This document shows positions 37,424-50,250 of a stretch of DNA of 64,000 nt, piece by piece (the first letter of the stretch is position 1; every line of letters begins with the position of its first letter). Origin of the DNA: Eukaryota sp. TZLM1-RC (Eukaryota; Protista; Metamonada: BaSk clade); assembly GCA_040285825.1 (NCBI GenBank), contig JAUPSS010000002.1, positions 3,286,001 to 3,350,000 on the forward strand. Direction: 5' to 3'. Both the position numbers and the translations under genes were made by a program. The notes beneath the pieces were generated by a model. The model was not told the DNA's origin. It ran no database searches and saw only the letters and a program-made list of their open reading frames with translations.

Positions 37424-37740
37424 GGAATAGGTTTTTGAAAACCCAGAACTGGTTTTGGGGTTGGTAAACTTCGTAGGTATCTCAAATGCACATGTCCCTC
37501 TATATTATAATTATATTATAGGTTTCAAAAAATGTTATAAATCAAATCAAGGTACGGTTTCTGCAATACTGAACAGTCGATTCTGAAGAGAAATCGATTC
37601 GCACAACTGATAATGCTCCGAAGAAGAATACATCCGTATCTTCGGTGACTCAAAATCATGAACTTTTATGTTGCAATTGATTTGATTCCACCACATGACC
37701 AAGGAAGAAATAGTGGTTTTATTAAAGGAAGGATATCAGA

Positions 37741-38267
37741 TTACAATATAATAAAAACAATCAATCCAAAATCATTGCTGGAAGCTCGGGCAAGACTTTC
37801 AACCCCTTTTGTGCGTCCCCTGTGTTTGAATTCAGGATCTTCACATGCTGTAATCAGGACTTGGAAACCAGTGATTTGTTTTTCCTCGCAAAAAATAGCC
37901 TTAACCTCAGCACCGGTCGCTATAGCTTTTGATATTGGGATTCGAATAAAAGTGTTGTATTCGGTCATAGGTAAGTGGTATTTTGAATATTAAAGTTACT
38001 GGAGAGTATATATTGTTTTCCATCATTACATTTAAACGTATTAGCAACAGCGTTGGACTTGCCCTCGTTGTTCTTGTTTGCGGAATTCTTCAGAATTTGG
38101 AAACCATTTCGTCTACTGGTTTCACGATTTCTTGCACTAGCTTCAAGTGAAGGCATTTCTCCACCTTTTGAACTGTTCAAGGCACGGGAGTCTTCTTTGT
38201 TGTAAGAATTACAGATATTAATAGAATATACCTTTATGATTCTGGAAATTAAATTCTTATACAACAA
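37741..38267 (-). pseudogene. Possible broken coding remnant of unknown family
   Basis: Two abutting short ORFs with protein-like composition; no recognisable motif. Confidence 0.2.
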
Positions 38268-38950
38268 AAAATTGGCAAGAATTTTTCAACAATCCAAGAA
38301 ATCTTGGACCACAATCTGAAATATATAACATAGATTGCTTGATAAGTAGTTCCGAGGCAGAAGTTAGCCCACTAGCACAACGTGAAGCCATTATAGTGGA
38401 ATAGAGTAAAAGTGCAGGGCCAATGCAAAATCATACAACTTAATTGAGGTGATTTGTGATATGAATATGTTTTATCTCCTTGCACAAAAGGCATTCATTT
38501 ACTAATTTCATTCATTACGGTCAAGGTTTGGTAATGTTGCATTGTAATATCTTGGTATTGGAAATTCATCCTCCAATCAATAAATTATTGAATCTGATAT
38601 GTTGGTCAATACTGCAATATAATGACAATTTTTGTTGTTGCAAAGAATCTAAATATAAGGAAACAACACAATAATAATACTTGGTATAATTATCTTGCCA
38701 GTGATAACAACAGACTAGAAACGAAACTGTACATTCCCTGGAAATTTGAAATCACAATTCCGTTTTGCCAGAAAGTTCGGTCAAAAATTTCTTTCTATTT
38801 TTGACAATTTGAAGAATAATCATACAAAAATGATACAGTAGATACTTTTCGAAATAAGGAGACGGTGATGGGCTAGAGAAGATATGGGTGTGAATAGGTA
38901 TTTAAATTATTAATTCTAAAACTAACTTTGGGCTCTTCATTTTTATTGAA

Positions 38951-39056
38951 TGTTGCCGTTGGGCATTATGCTAGCTGGATGTAAAGAGAGTTAAGATAAA
39001 GTTAATTTTATTAAATGTCATTCTATATAAAGGTACTCACTAGTGAGATACCTACA
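38951..39056 (-). repeat. 3' LTR, 106 bp
   Basis: Identical to 45703-45808 and preceded on the element strand by the PPT GAAACGGGAGAAGGTAG. Confidence 0.97.
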
Positions 39057-39084
39057 CTACCTTCTCCCGTTTCGTTAATTAAAA

Positions 39085-42000
39085 TTACTTACTATTGTTG
39101 TTCCGCTTCCTTTGCGGATATCGCTTTTGTCGAGGCACGGGGAGAGCCTGAGACGAGCTATTGGATATATTAGCTTTGCGTTTTCTTTTATTTGGCTTAC
39201 TAATAAATCGCTTATACGCTTCTGAATATCTGATCGAATGGAGTGGTTCCTCGGTAGTTTCTCCACCAAACCATTTCACAGTACAGAAGGGTCCCTGAGA
39301 TGTTTTATATTCCTCAAGGATTTCTTCGATGACATGTTTACCTGAATCGGTGGCTGCGATTGCCCTGAGTAAATCAACATCGTTAGGATCGTCAGCGTTG
39401 TATATTTTGCAGTCCCTCTTTGATACCTTTGTCTCATCACCAGTCGTCAGGTTCTTAACTGTCAATGTGGAATTGGATGGGATTTCTATAATTAAAAATG
39501 GGCCTAGCCAAGATCCATGCAATTTGCTGTTTTGCTTAGCTTTTCGAAGAATATAGTCACCAATATTAAATGTGGTTTCTGTATTATTATTAATATTATT
39601 CTGACTGGGTTTGTTTAATAATTGGTGGTTCTCTGCTTCCTCCCATTTCTTTTGGAGACGATCAGTTTTAAGTTTGAGGTCTTGTAAAAGTGGGACATTG
39701 GATTCAAAAACGAATATGCCGCCAAGGATGTTAGCAGGGTCTGATCTAGGGCTGATATATGACCCGAAAATCAATTCATAGGGGGTGTGGTTTGTGATTC
39801 TGCTTTTGGTTGACTTAATTAATAACTGTGTAATTGGGACATATGTGGACCAAGCATCATAGTCGTTGTAATCTATTAATAATCTTCTTATACATTGAAT
39901 TACATCCCTATGTTTCCTTTCTACCAATCCATTACTTTCAGAATGATATGGAATTGAATTTGTGACTTCAATTGACATTCTCTGGCATAGCAATTTGAAT
40001 GTTTCATTGGCGAACTCTGGGCCATTATCACTATGTATAGCCATAGGTATGCCGAATATTGCACAGATATTCCAAATTAATGCATCTGCCACTTCTAAAG
40101 CATTGAGTTCTTTCAGTGGCACTAGTATTGTATATCTAGTGAAACTGTCGACGAAAACTAATAAGTATTTATTATCATTATTATCTTTATTCAGAGGTCC
40201 AATTGTGTCTACATTTAGTTTAGCAAATGGACGATTTGCCCACAGTGAGCCCGTTGAGGGAGTCTTTGATTGTTTTATGGTGGCTGTTTTCTGACAAGTA
40301 GGACATTTTTCGATGTGTTTGATGAGGTCTCTTCTCATGTTTGGCCAGTAAAAATCACTTTTGGAAAGCTTGTGAAGACTTTCGTTTTTGCTTGGGTGGC
40401 CTGATTGTGTTAATCCGTGTATTAGATTGAGTGCTGTTTTTCTTAGTTTGGTCGGTATTATCATTTTATTATTATTATTAAGCCAGATTTCTGTGTTTCT
40501 GCAGAGTGTGGCGTTTTTGAATAATGGATCGTTATTGCTAATGGCCAGTTGTTGTTCTGCTCTTACTTTGGATAACCAATTTGAAAAGATTGGTAAATCT
40601 GGGTGTCTTGATAATTCGAGAATGTGGATTGGTTCTAGACTTTCATAGTCGGAATCGTCATCTGGGGGTGGAATTTCACCGTGCCAGTAAGGATCGTGTG
40701 GGTGACTGATGTGATTTAATTCTGGTATTACTGAATTGTCATCAATGTTTCGTGACATCATGTCTGCCCAGTGATTGTCTTCTCCTTTCTCATGTACTAT
40801 ATCAAAATCAAATTCTGATAAAATAGGTAACCATCTTTTGACTATTCTGTTCTTTTCTGGAGCTGTGGCGAGGAACGCAATATTTCTATGGTCGGTGAAT
40901 ATGGTTAAGTGTCGAGTGATGAGGAAGCTTTCTAAATGGCTTTCTGTTAGTATTAATAATATTGCGTATAGTTCCTTCTGTAATGTTGACCAACGTTTTT
41001 GAGTATCAGTTAATATTCTACTGTAAAAAGAGATTGGTTTTACTTTTCTATCTTTTAATGCAGTTCCTATGGGTGCATATGGTTCGACCTCTTGCCAGAT
41101 AACTCCTCCTACTGCGATGTCTGATGCATCGGTGCTTATTAAAATGCGTTTGTCTGGTGATGGTAATTCCAGAGGCATATGATTAATGATTAATTCTTTT
41201 ATTTGTTCTAATAGTTGGTCGTGTTTGGTTTCCCAGTTGACACGGCGTTGTTTGTGTTTGATTAATTCGTTTATGGGTGCAATTAGTTGTGAAATGTTTG
41301 GGAGCCAGTCTCTGATGAAATTGACTGAGCCGACTAATGACCGAACTTCTTTTATTGTTTTTGGAGCAGGGATGTTAATTAAAGCATCGACTCGTTTTTG
41401 ACTAATTTTACGTTGTTTATATTGGAAAGTGCTGCCTAAAATGTCAATTGGTTGTTTGTCAGTAACGAATTTACATTTTTTCAATCCAATGTTGACTCTT
41501 CTATCCCTTGCGCATTGCAGTACCCTTTGAATTCTTTCTAAAAATTGTTGAAGGGTTGATCCAATTATGATTATGTCATCAATGTATATGAACACTCCGT
41601 CTATCTGAAAAATTTCCATCATAACATTTTGAAAAATTGCTGGGATATTCTTTAATCCGAAACATGCCCTTTTAAACATAATGGATCTGCCAGGGATAGG
41701 GATGGATGTCTTTTCACTATCCTCGTCAGCGACTTTCATCTGCCAAAAAGCTTTTGGAAGGTCCAAAGTGGCGATGTAGTTGGCTTGACTTAGAAATTCC
41801 AAAACATCCGAAATTAATGGTAAGTTAGACTCAACTGGAATAGTAAGAGCGTTAACACCATCTTTACCGCTGAAATCGCCTGTCAACCTCGGTTTTCGAT
41901 CATCAGGGTATATTACTGATACAATAGTGGAACTGAATTTATAGTTCGATTAAATTGCATAGCCCATTTCGATTAATTCGTCAAAAATTTGGTTAGCTAT

Positions 42001-45000
42001 TTGTAATTTCTTTGGGTTGAGACCCCTTGCTGGTTTATGTACAATAGCGTTAGGATTATAAAAGGGGATTGACATGGGTGGACAATCGATGCCTTCTTTA
42101 TTGGGCGTTTCGCTGAATACGTCCTTGTATTGAGCTAATATATCAGACAAACTCTTATTATACTCACTATCATCTAATTTAATCTCACATCCAGATCTAT
42201 CCTATTGCTGGGTAAAATCTTCTTCACTGCTGGGAATAGATTCTACATGACCGATTTGGTGAGTTTTAATTCTGTTATCAAATTCGGTTTCAGCATTTAG
42301 TAAAGTGCGGCGCTCTTCGTCTAGTACAATTACTAAACGGTCAGATGTCAATAACCCAAGTTGTTGTAACATGTCTACCCCAATTAAAAATCTGTTTGAA
42401 CCCGGGATTATGGGGAGAGTATGATTTATAGAAACTTGGTTCGCGATGCTACCAACATTGAACGTCAGAATGCCTTGTGCACTTCCAAGCGAATTGGTCG
42501 ATACGTTACTAGCAGGGATGAATTGTGTGATGTCGTTTTCATTGATGGACATTGAACACAGATTTGCTAGGTCTAGGGAAATGACAGAACAATATGCAGC
42601 TGTATCTATCATGCCTTTTATGACTGTACTGTTAATTCTTACCTGAAGTTCTAAAAACTGAGGCTGCTGGGATCTGTTGTGGTTTATACAAGGAGCAGTG
42701 TTACCTGTTCGGTTGCATAAATCTCTTTCTGTATTATTTATTACATTAATCTGATTATTTATGTTGCTATTTCCATTGTTCAAGAAAGAGAGTGGATTTA
42801 AGAGGGCTGTTTGAGCTGAATTGTCCGATTGAGTAGAACAAATCTGATTCAATTCGGGAGCTGTAACATGCGATGATTTGTTTTTGTTATTAAACTTGTT
42901 ATTAAGGGCGTTATATCCACGATATGTATTACCTCTATTACCACGGCCACCTCGGCCCCTAGTTCCTCTATACAAATTACCACGGCCTCTACTTCGGCCT
43001 CTAAAATTGCCTCTACTGCCTCTGCTAAAGTTTCCACGGCCTCTACCATAGCCGGCGCCTATTCTTTGATTCATAGGGACCAATGAGCGACTACAGGTTG
43101 GGTCCCTACATTCTGTTATAATATGACCGGGGATTTGACAAAAGGTACAAAATTTCTGTCCCCCTCTGGTGTGTTTACCTTTTTTCAATTGAGGGAATTG
43201 TTGGTCTTCAGGGTCGGTTCTCCTTTTCCTTTCTGACGAATGAAATTCTCCTGTTTCTAATTTAGGTTTGTTCGCCTCTTTTCTCAGTAGTTGGATGGTT
43301 TCCTTGTTCGGTGCGGCTTGCATCCAAGACAAAAGTTTCTCTCTGGCCACTTTGGTTAAATCGTTGAACGAGACTAGTTTGTCGTTCCAAAAAGATTGTT
43401 TACCGTAAATCTCGAATAAATTGCTCGTTAATGCCAAGTTGTCCAGACCTGTTAAGAAGGCGTTAGCTACGGTCGACATTGGGAGTGTAAATACCCCTCT
43501 TGAAAATTCGAGTTCTTCAATTCTGGCCGATGGGTCGGATATGTATGTGCACATCCTTAAGATGTCTCCAAAATTTTCCATATAAATCGTGTATTCTCTT
43601 TCTGCGTCGGCGGATGTACTTACCTTTTGCCAGTTGAATTTAGGTTTAAAAAGAGCTAATTTTGCGTCATGTAATGATGTGAACTGGCTTCTCCTACACA
43701 GTAGTAATAATATTTCGGCATCTGTAGGTTCCATGCTCACGAGTTGTTGTTGTTTCCAGAAAGATATAATTCTGGAATGGATGCAACCTGAGATTCCCTG
43801 GGGATTGACTGTTGATAAGACTGATCTAAAAAGATCATAAGAGTGAACAGGTACCCCTATCTTTTTTATGAAGCTTTGATCTATTCTGTATAATTTTGGT
43901 GTTTCCATATTATTCAATTTGGACTGTAAATCGTCTATTTGTTGCTGAATGTGAGTTGAGTCTTCACTCTGTACTGAGATCAACTGAGCTAAACTGTTTA
44001 TCATCTTCGTTATTTGTTCTTGTTGTTGAGGGGTGCTGGATTGTGGGATCTGTATTTGATCGACGTTTTGAGCTCCGTCTCTACCAGTTGTGTCCCAGAG
44101 GGCGAATTCCATGAGGAAATGTACTATTTTCATCTGAGTTTCAGGGAATTCGAGTCTAGGGGGCTCGTGTATGGTTGCATGTTCTATGGCCTTAGTTCTA
44201 TAATGATAACCAACATGGGACTGTAAGTTTTGATTTAATATGAGACGTGGATCGAGTGGGTTTTGACTGTGTTGTTGTTGAGATCCAGTTGCCTGTAGAT
44301 CTTGTAAACTAAGACCTTGTCCCGTTGTGTGTGTGGTGTCAACCGAGGATTGTGGAACTCCTTCCATCGGTTGTGATGAATCACCAGGTTGGATTGTGAG
44401 GACGTCTAACCCTATTGGTCCTGTGTTTGGTTGGGGTAAGGTGTCTACATGCAGCTCCTGAACTGATTTCGATTCATCTTGGAAATTTAGTTGAATTGAG
44501 GGCCGGAAAGGCCTGATGCTCTTGAAGGGTGTATTCTCTAAAACAATGATGGGGATGAAGGTGAAAACCTTGTTCTGTACCCATGAATCGCCTGTTTGGA
44601 GGTTCCTGTTATTAGGAGGAGACCTGTATGTGGAAATGACTGCTGTCGTCATGTTTATATCATCTCGTCTATAAGTGACCCCTAATTCTTCATATATGAG
44701 CCTGAAAGGTTGTGAGGCTGGTCTCATTTCAACGTAATTTGGTCTATGTGAGACTGGGTAGTATTCATGAACCTCTCTAACTACCGTATAGTCCTCTCCG
44801 GGACGGCTAAGCTCTTCGTAAATTTTGTCTATACCAACTCTGAACCAGTCAGGCAGGAGGCGGACGTTCTCAGGACTATCTAGTTTCCCAGAGAAGTCGG
44901 TACCAACTTCCATTACCTCTAACCACCGAATTCTGAATCCTTTGTTATCGAGGGTGGCGTTATTCCCCATTATATTTTTGTATTCTGTGTCGAGAGGCGA

Positions 45001-45336
45001 GAGTCTCATTCTTCGCTCTGCGGGCCGTGTGCTCAACTCATGGCTTTCTTTGTCTAAAAGCTCAATTGCCTCTTTCAACACTGAGGGTTGTATGGGGATT
45101 TCCTGAGCTCCCGAAGTCGTCTCATTGAGAGTTTGTACGACGACAGTGTTTTCACACTGCGGGTACATTGATTCGTCCAGGGACTCTATGAAGTCCGTTG
45201 GTTCCTTCTTTTCCATTTCTTCCTTACTCATAGTGAGTGCCAAGAGTAACTCTTGTATCTCTTGGGAGAGCTGGAGGTAGGTCGAAATTGACCTTTGGTG
45301 TTGTCGCGAGGGCGGTATTCGCCGACGAGTGGACAT
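39085..45336 (-). pseudogene. Single-frame gag-pol polyprotein with two premature stops (TAG 42202-42204, TAA 41950-41952)
   Basis: ORFs 42202-45336, 41950-42150 and 39085-41886 share one frame. Motifs: CTFCQIPGHIITEC, an RGG tract, IDTAA, YIDD, TDASD, HHCC, DDE, WLGPF, and VIEEIL..CTVKWFGGETTEEP. Confidence 0.92.
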
Positions 45337-45718
45337 ATTGGGCGCCTTGTGCCGTAACTTTACCTCGCTGATTTAATTGGACGTTTTGCGCCGAAATTTG
45401 ATTCTTGGTGGGGCTTAAACCCGAACCTGAAGCAGTGGAGGTGTCTAGCCTCGAATTTGTTTGTTGGGGGGGAGTGGGGTGGATTACACCCGTACCCGTA
45501 ACCTGAGGAGGAGTGAGGCCTTTTTCGCCCGAACTCGAATCCTTTTCTGGAGTTGCCATTGAACTCGAAGAAGATGAGTTGTTGAGAGGAGGGTTAGAAG
45601 GGTCTCCTCTGACAGATGTCTGACATACCCCAGACATCTTTTGGGTGTCTACAGCGCTGTTGCTGTTTGCTGTTAATGGTGCCTGATACGCACAATAATT
45701 ATTGTTGCCGTTGGGCAT
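45224..45718 (-). CDS. Upstream ORF0 (164 aa, S/T/P/Q-rich) starting inside the 5' LTR
   Basis: ATG at 45718-45716 within the LTR; open for 164 codons; its stop lies two bases after an ATG in the gag frame (ATGAGTAA). Confidence 0.5.
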   Translation of the reverse strand: MPNGNNNYCAYQAPLTANSNSAVDTQKMSGVCQTSVRGDPSNPPLNNSSSSSSMATPEKDSSSGEKGLTPPQVTGTGVIHPTPPQQTNSRLDTSTASGSGLSPTKNQISAQNVQLNQRGKVTAQGAQYVHSSANTALATTPKVNFDLPPALPRDTRVTLGTHYE

Positions 45719-45808
45719 TATGCTAGCTGGATGTAAAGAGAGTTAAGATAAAGTTAATTTTATTAAATGTCATTCTATATAAAGGTACTCACTAGTGAGA
45801 TACCTACA
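45703..45808 (-). repeat. 5' LTR, 106 bp
   Basis: Identical to 38951-39056; contains TATATA and AATAAA on the element strand. Confidence 0.97.
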
Positions 45809-46588
45809 TGAAAAGTGAATCACGGACCATTTGAAACATCTGCAAATCTGACATCAATAATGATCATTGACCCTTAAAGAGTTTTGAACCAACACATCTC
45901 TGCGACTATCAACAAAAAGCTCTTTTTAACTCATCAGTTAAATTCAAAAGCAAAGGTTTCTACAAAAGTTCTAATCTTGTATGACTTACACATACAATAA
46001 AGTTGAGCACAGACTGCATAGTGAACTTTCTATCTAACACTTACAAAAGGATTGAAATCAATAAAAGAGTTGGAGTGACAGTTTTACCCATTTACAACTT
46101 AACTTTAGGCCCATTATTGTTTTGTTTATTTATTCACAAAACTTTAAATATCAATAAGCAAAAATACCTTTCTATAAAAATAGTTGCTTATATGGATAAT
46201 ACATCCTTGATTGGTTCATTTAATTTACAAAAATTGGTTTCCCAAGAGATTGCTGATCCATATGAAAATAATGGGGCTTCATCTCAATGCGAGCAAATGC
46301 CTTCTGATTGGTTCTTCTGTTCAGAATCTTGTGATAAACGGTTCTGTTGTCTCTTTTACTCATTATAGTAGTGATGCTTTTAAGTTCCTTGGTGGTGGGT
46401 TAGGAAATATGCCTCAAATGCAGAATGAATTACAAGTTATTTTGGAAAAAATGAAAAATCGAACTTGATTCAATATCTTCTTTAGATCTGAAAAACATAT
46501 TAAATTTTTTATGCTTCAAATTTGCTATACTGGGAGAATAACCCACGTTTTGAGATATTGTACTCCTTCCATAGCATTAGATTTTTGT

Positions 46589-47529
46589 TTTTTTTATTTA
46601 ATTTTAATTTTATTCAAAACCTATAAATCAACATCTAACAAATCCATCTCTCCCAGAACAAAAACACTAGATGCAACTCTCTCATAGAGAGATCCAAGAG
46701 AAAGCAAAGCATCAGAAACCATCTTCAACATCCCCTTAAAAATAGAAAACACAATTCTATTTTGCCAAAACAATCTGTTGAAATTTCTGCCAGTTCTTCT
46801 CTTTACAATCATTTCAAAATCATCCAAAAAACGTAAAGCAATTGGTGCAAGTGAACCAAAAAGGGAAAATACAAATGGATACAAATTGTATTTTGCATGC
46901 TGTTGACTGGCCAATTTGGACAAAGGTTCATTGTATTTTTTGAATTTAAAATTTTCAGCATTTGAAAGGGGATTATGAATTTCAGAATTAACTAGCCTTT
47001 CATTTGAGGCATTACAAGGATCAACAGACATTACATCCAATAAAATGAAACTTCCATCTAATCCAGGTAATATAACATCACCTCTATTATTCTTATGAAA
47101 ATCATCTTCAGCATCAAACAGATTTGACAACAGAGGTTCCAAGAAGGATTCAATTCTATGAGATTTACACATACAATATAACTGGTCTCTTACAGCATCA
47201 TGAACCTTGCTTCTAAAAGTAATAAAATGTTTACAATTTAACAAATGAGTAGTTGTAATTTCTCGAGAACATTTACAAATTAAATTATGAGGTAAATTAT
47301 CAGGCCAGATAAAGGAAGGAAATCTCATATTCAGAGTCCAAGCAGAATCGGATAGGAGAGTACCATAAACTTGTGGAATTGTTGTTACTAAGGCAGAAGA
47401 AGTACTGTCACACATATCTTGTAAAAGATTTGCAAAAGCGGGATTCTTTTTCTAAGCTCTAAGATTTTTGAAAGCTTGGTTTTTGATGTTAGACTTGGCT
47501 TGGCCAAGAAAAAGAATCCCGCTTTTGCA
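46589..47529 (-). mobile_element. Nested family X copy with a 5' inversion and a 12-15 bp TSD
   Basis: Intact RLE ORF 46621-47415, poly-A at about 46589-46595, inverted segment about 47454-47529. TSD GCATTAGATTTTTGT at 46574-46588 and 47527-47541. Confidence 0.92.
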
Positions 47530-47596
47530 TTAGATTTTTGTCGTTCCTTTAATTCATTGAGAACAGAATTTTTTGCTGATTTATTGGATGTAGAAC

Positions 47597-47726
47597 CAAT
47601 GATTTCTAAAGCTCTTTTAGCTATTGGTGTAGAGTATGAACAAAACGCTGTGAGTAGGTTTAGTAATAGTGATGCTTGTTTGGAGGATATTGAATACTAG
47701 ATAGAATTTTATTTCTATAAAAATAC
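47597..47726 (+). mobile_element. About 130-bp 3' end of a family B element nested in family X
   Basis: MISKALLAIGVEYEQNAVSRFSNSDACLEDIEY matches 11940-12043; the host sequence resumes at about 47729. Confidence 0.85.
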
Positions 47727-49048
47727 AGCCAGGAATGTTGGAAAATCACTTATTTTCTTCAGCAAATTTGGATGGTATTTGATTTACTAAATCTTCTATT
47801 TTGTGTCAATCAGCATTTTTGGGTGGATGCAAGAATTTTATTTATGAAATTTCTCGTCGATTTCCTGAAGATTTTCAGTTGTTAGTTTTCAGTTGCAATC
47901 CATTTTTGAATGAGTTATCTTGTGAACTTGTTAGATTGCCACCACAAATTTGGAGCAAATGCTGTCCCCAATCACTTCAAAAAATTCCAAACAGATCTCT
48001 TTTTAATTTGTAGTTTTGCTGTAAAAAGCTTCAACAAAAATTGTCAAAGATCTTTGAAAGCCTGGATTTTGATGTTAGACTTGGCTTGAACAAGAAACAG
48101 AATCCCGCTTTTGCACATATTTTACCAGATATGTGTGATAGTATTTCTTCTACATTAGTAACAACAATTCAAGTTTATGGTACTCTCAGAACTGATTCTG
48201 CTTAGACTTTGAATAAGAGATTTCATTCCTTTATCTGGCCTGAAAATTTACCTCATAATTTAATTTGTAAATGTTCTCGAAAAAATACAACTACTCATTT
48301 GTTAAATTGTAAACATTTTATTAATTTTAGAAGCAAGGTTCACGATGCTGTAAAAGACCAATTATATTGTATATGTAAGTCTCATAGAATTGAATCCTTT
48401 TTGGAACCTCTGTTGTCAAATCTGTTTGACACTGAAGATGATTTTCATAAGAATAATAGAGGTGATGTTATATTATCTGGATTAGATGGAAGCTGAATTT
48501 TATTGGATGTAATGACTGTTGATCCTTGTAATTGCTCAAATGAAAGGCTTGTTAATTCTGAAATTCACAATCCTCTTTCAACTGCTGAAAATTTCAAAAT
48601 CAAAAAATACAATGAACTTTTGTCCAAATTGTCCAGTCAACAGCGTGCAAAATACAATTTGTATCCATTTGTATTTTCTCTTTTTGGTTCACTTGCTCCA
48701 ACGGCTATACGTTTTTTGGCAGATTTTGAAATGATTGTAAAAAGAACAACTAACAGAAATTTCAACAGATTGTTATGGCAAAATAGAATTGTGTTTTCTA
48801 TTTTTAAGGGGATGTTGAAGATGGTTTCTGATGCTTTGCTTTCTCTTGGATTTCACCATGAGAGAATTGCATCTAGTGTTTTTGTTTTGGGAGAGATGGA
48901 TTATTGAGATGTTGATTTATAGGCTTTCATAAAATACAAAAAAAAACAAAAAAAATTGCAACTTAATTCAACTTAGTCGAAAATGCAAAGATAATAAAAG
49001 GCAAGAATCATATAGAAACAAGTCATTCAATTCAGGTAATTGAGGAAC

Positions 49049-50250
49049 TTAAGAAAAAGCAGAACTACTTCGAACATTCAACAAAACAGCTGCAAAAGCC
49101 GGATTCTTTTGTTTGACCATGTCAAGACGGAATCTTTTGTTAACTTCAAAAAGGAAATTTTTGCATCCACCAGTACATGCAGTTTTACACAAAAATTTTG
49201 ATTTGTGAAAATCTAGGCCGCCTAATTCTGTGCTACAAAAAATACGACTACGTAAAAAAGAAAAATCAATGTCAAGCAAATTAATTAAAAATTTTGTTCT
49301 TGATTCGTTACAAATGCTGCAAAATTCAAGAGATATTGGTGATGTAGTTGATTGCAAGATATGAATAAATTTCTCGGAATAAAAAATTTTGAGATGTTTT
49401 CCAAGATCTAAATCTGAAAGCACAAAAGTTTTATTTGAAAATTGACTAAAACTGTTGAAAGTTGATTTCAAATTTCATCAAAATTGTCTAAATAACAATC
49501 TAAAAAGACGAAATCCTGATTCAAAATAGTTGAGGAAAGGAACAATTTGATCATCAATATCAAATTCAGAACGCTCTTTACCAATCAACAAACTCATGAC
49601 AATGTTTAAAGAAATACCAATTTGATAATAGCGCCGTTGAAGAAATTTAGCAATTTTTTTCAATGAATCAATATGTGGAGTTTTAATTGTGTATTTCATA
49701 TTTGTTGTTGAATAAAAATAAATATCTTAAAAAAAATCGGACCAATTATTGAAATGTCATTTTCATAAGCTGTACTTTGAATATGTGAAAATTTTTGTTT
49801 TAATTCACTCATAAGAGGATGAATAACAAGGCAGAAGAAAGGACCTAATGGATCATCTTGTTTAACACCAGATGATGATATCATATTAAAATCTTCATAT
49901 ACAAGTGTTGATTGCGAGCTTCAAAAATTGTTACAAAAAGACGCAGCTTCCGGGAAATGAGTTTAGGTCAAGGGCAAAATTGATGACCTCTTCAATGCAT
50001 TGAAGGCGTTTTGAATATCTAAATAAAAATAAATTTGAATTACTTGAAATAAAGGAAACATCAGTCAACAGTGCAGCAAAAGATGCTTCATTAAATCCTT
50101 GGAAAATTCTGGGGCGATTGTAGCTACCACGCTGGAGCAATTAAAAGATATAGCAAAGTAAAGTAAATCATTTACCGATAAAAGCACACGAAGTAAGAAT
50201 TGAGGCTTTTGTCCAACCTGAACCGCCATAGTGTGGACGAAGATAAGTAT
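49049..50250 (-). mobile_element. Decayed CRE-like RT fragments
   Basis: SSGVKQDDPLGPFFCL, STELGGLDF and KKQNPAFA-like segments; a family D piece (PHYGGSGWTKASILTSC) at about 50170-50250. Confidence 0.75.

Larger units (their letters stand above)
38951..45808 (-). mobile_element. Full-length Ty3/gypsy (chromovirus-like) LTR retrotransposon, family 1, 6858 bp
   Basis: Identical 106-bp LTRs (38951-39056, 45703-45808) with TGT..ACA ends. TSD TGAA at 38947-38950 and 45809-45812. PPT at about 39057-39073. Domain order gag-PR-RT-RH-IN-chromodomain-like. Confidence 0.97.
46100..48956 (+). mobile_element. CRE-like family X copy (RT remnant to poly-A tail) hosting two nested insertions
   Basis: LGPLLFCL, IVAYMDN, LNASKC, FKFLG, RLE motifs at 48209-48907, and an A-rich tail at 48930-48956. 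Confidence 0.88.

Noticed and set aside
41950-42204. Programmed readthrough or a reassigned TAA/TAG code explaining the in-frame stops in gag-pol
   Set aside because: The sister copy has sense codons at both sites (TTA Leu near 9268, GAA Glu near 9520), and host genes terminate normally at TAG/TAA, so these are nonsense mutations. Identity of two 106-bp LTRs is only weak evidence of youth.
42595-42610. Protease DTA/DTV instead of DTG as a novel catalytic motif
   Set aside because: The two copies disagree (GCT versus GTT) and both are defective, so decay cannot be excluded.
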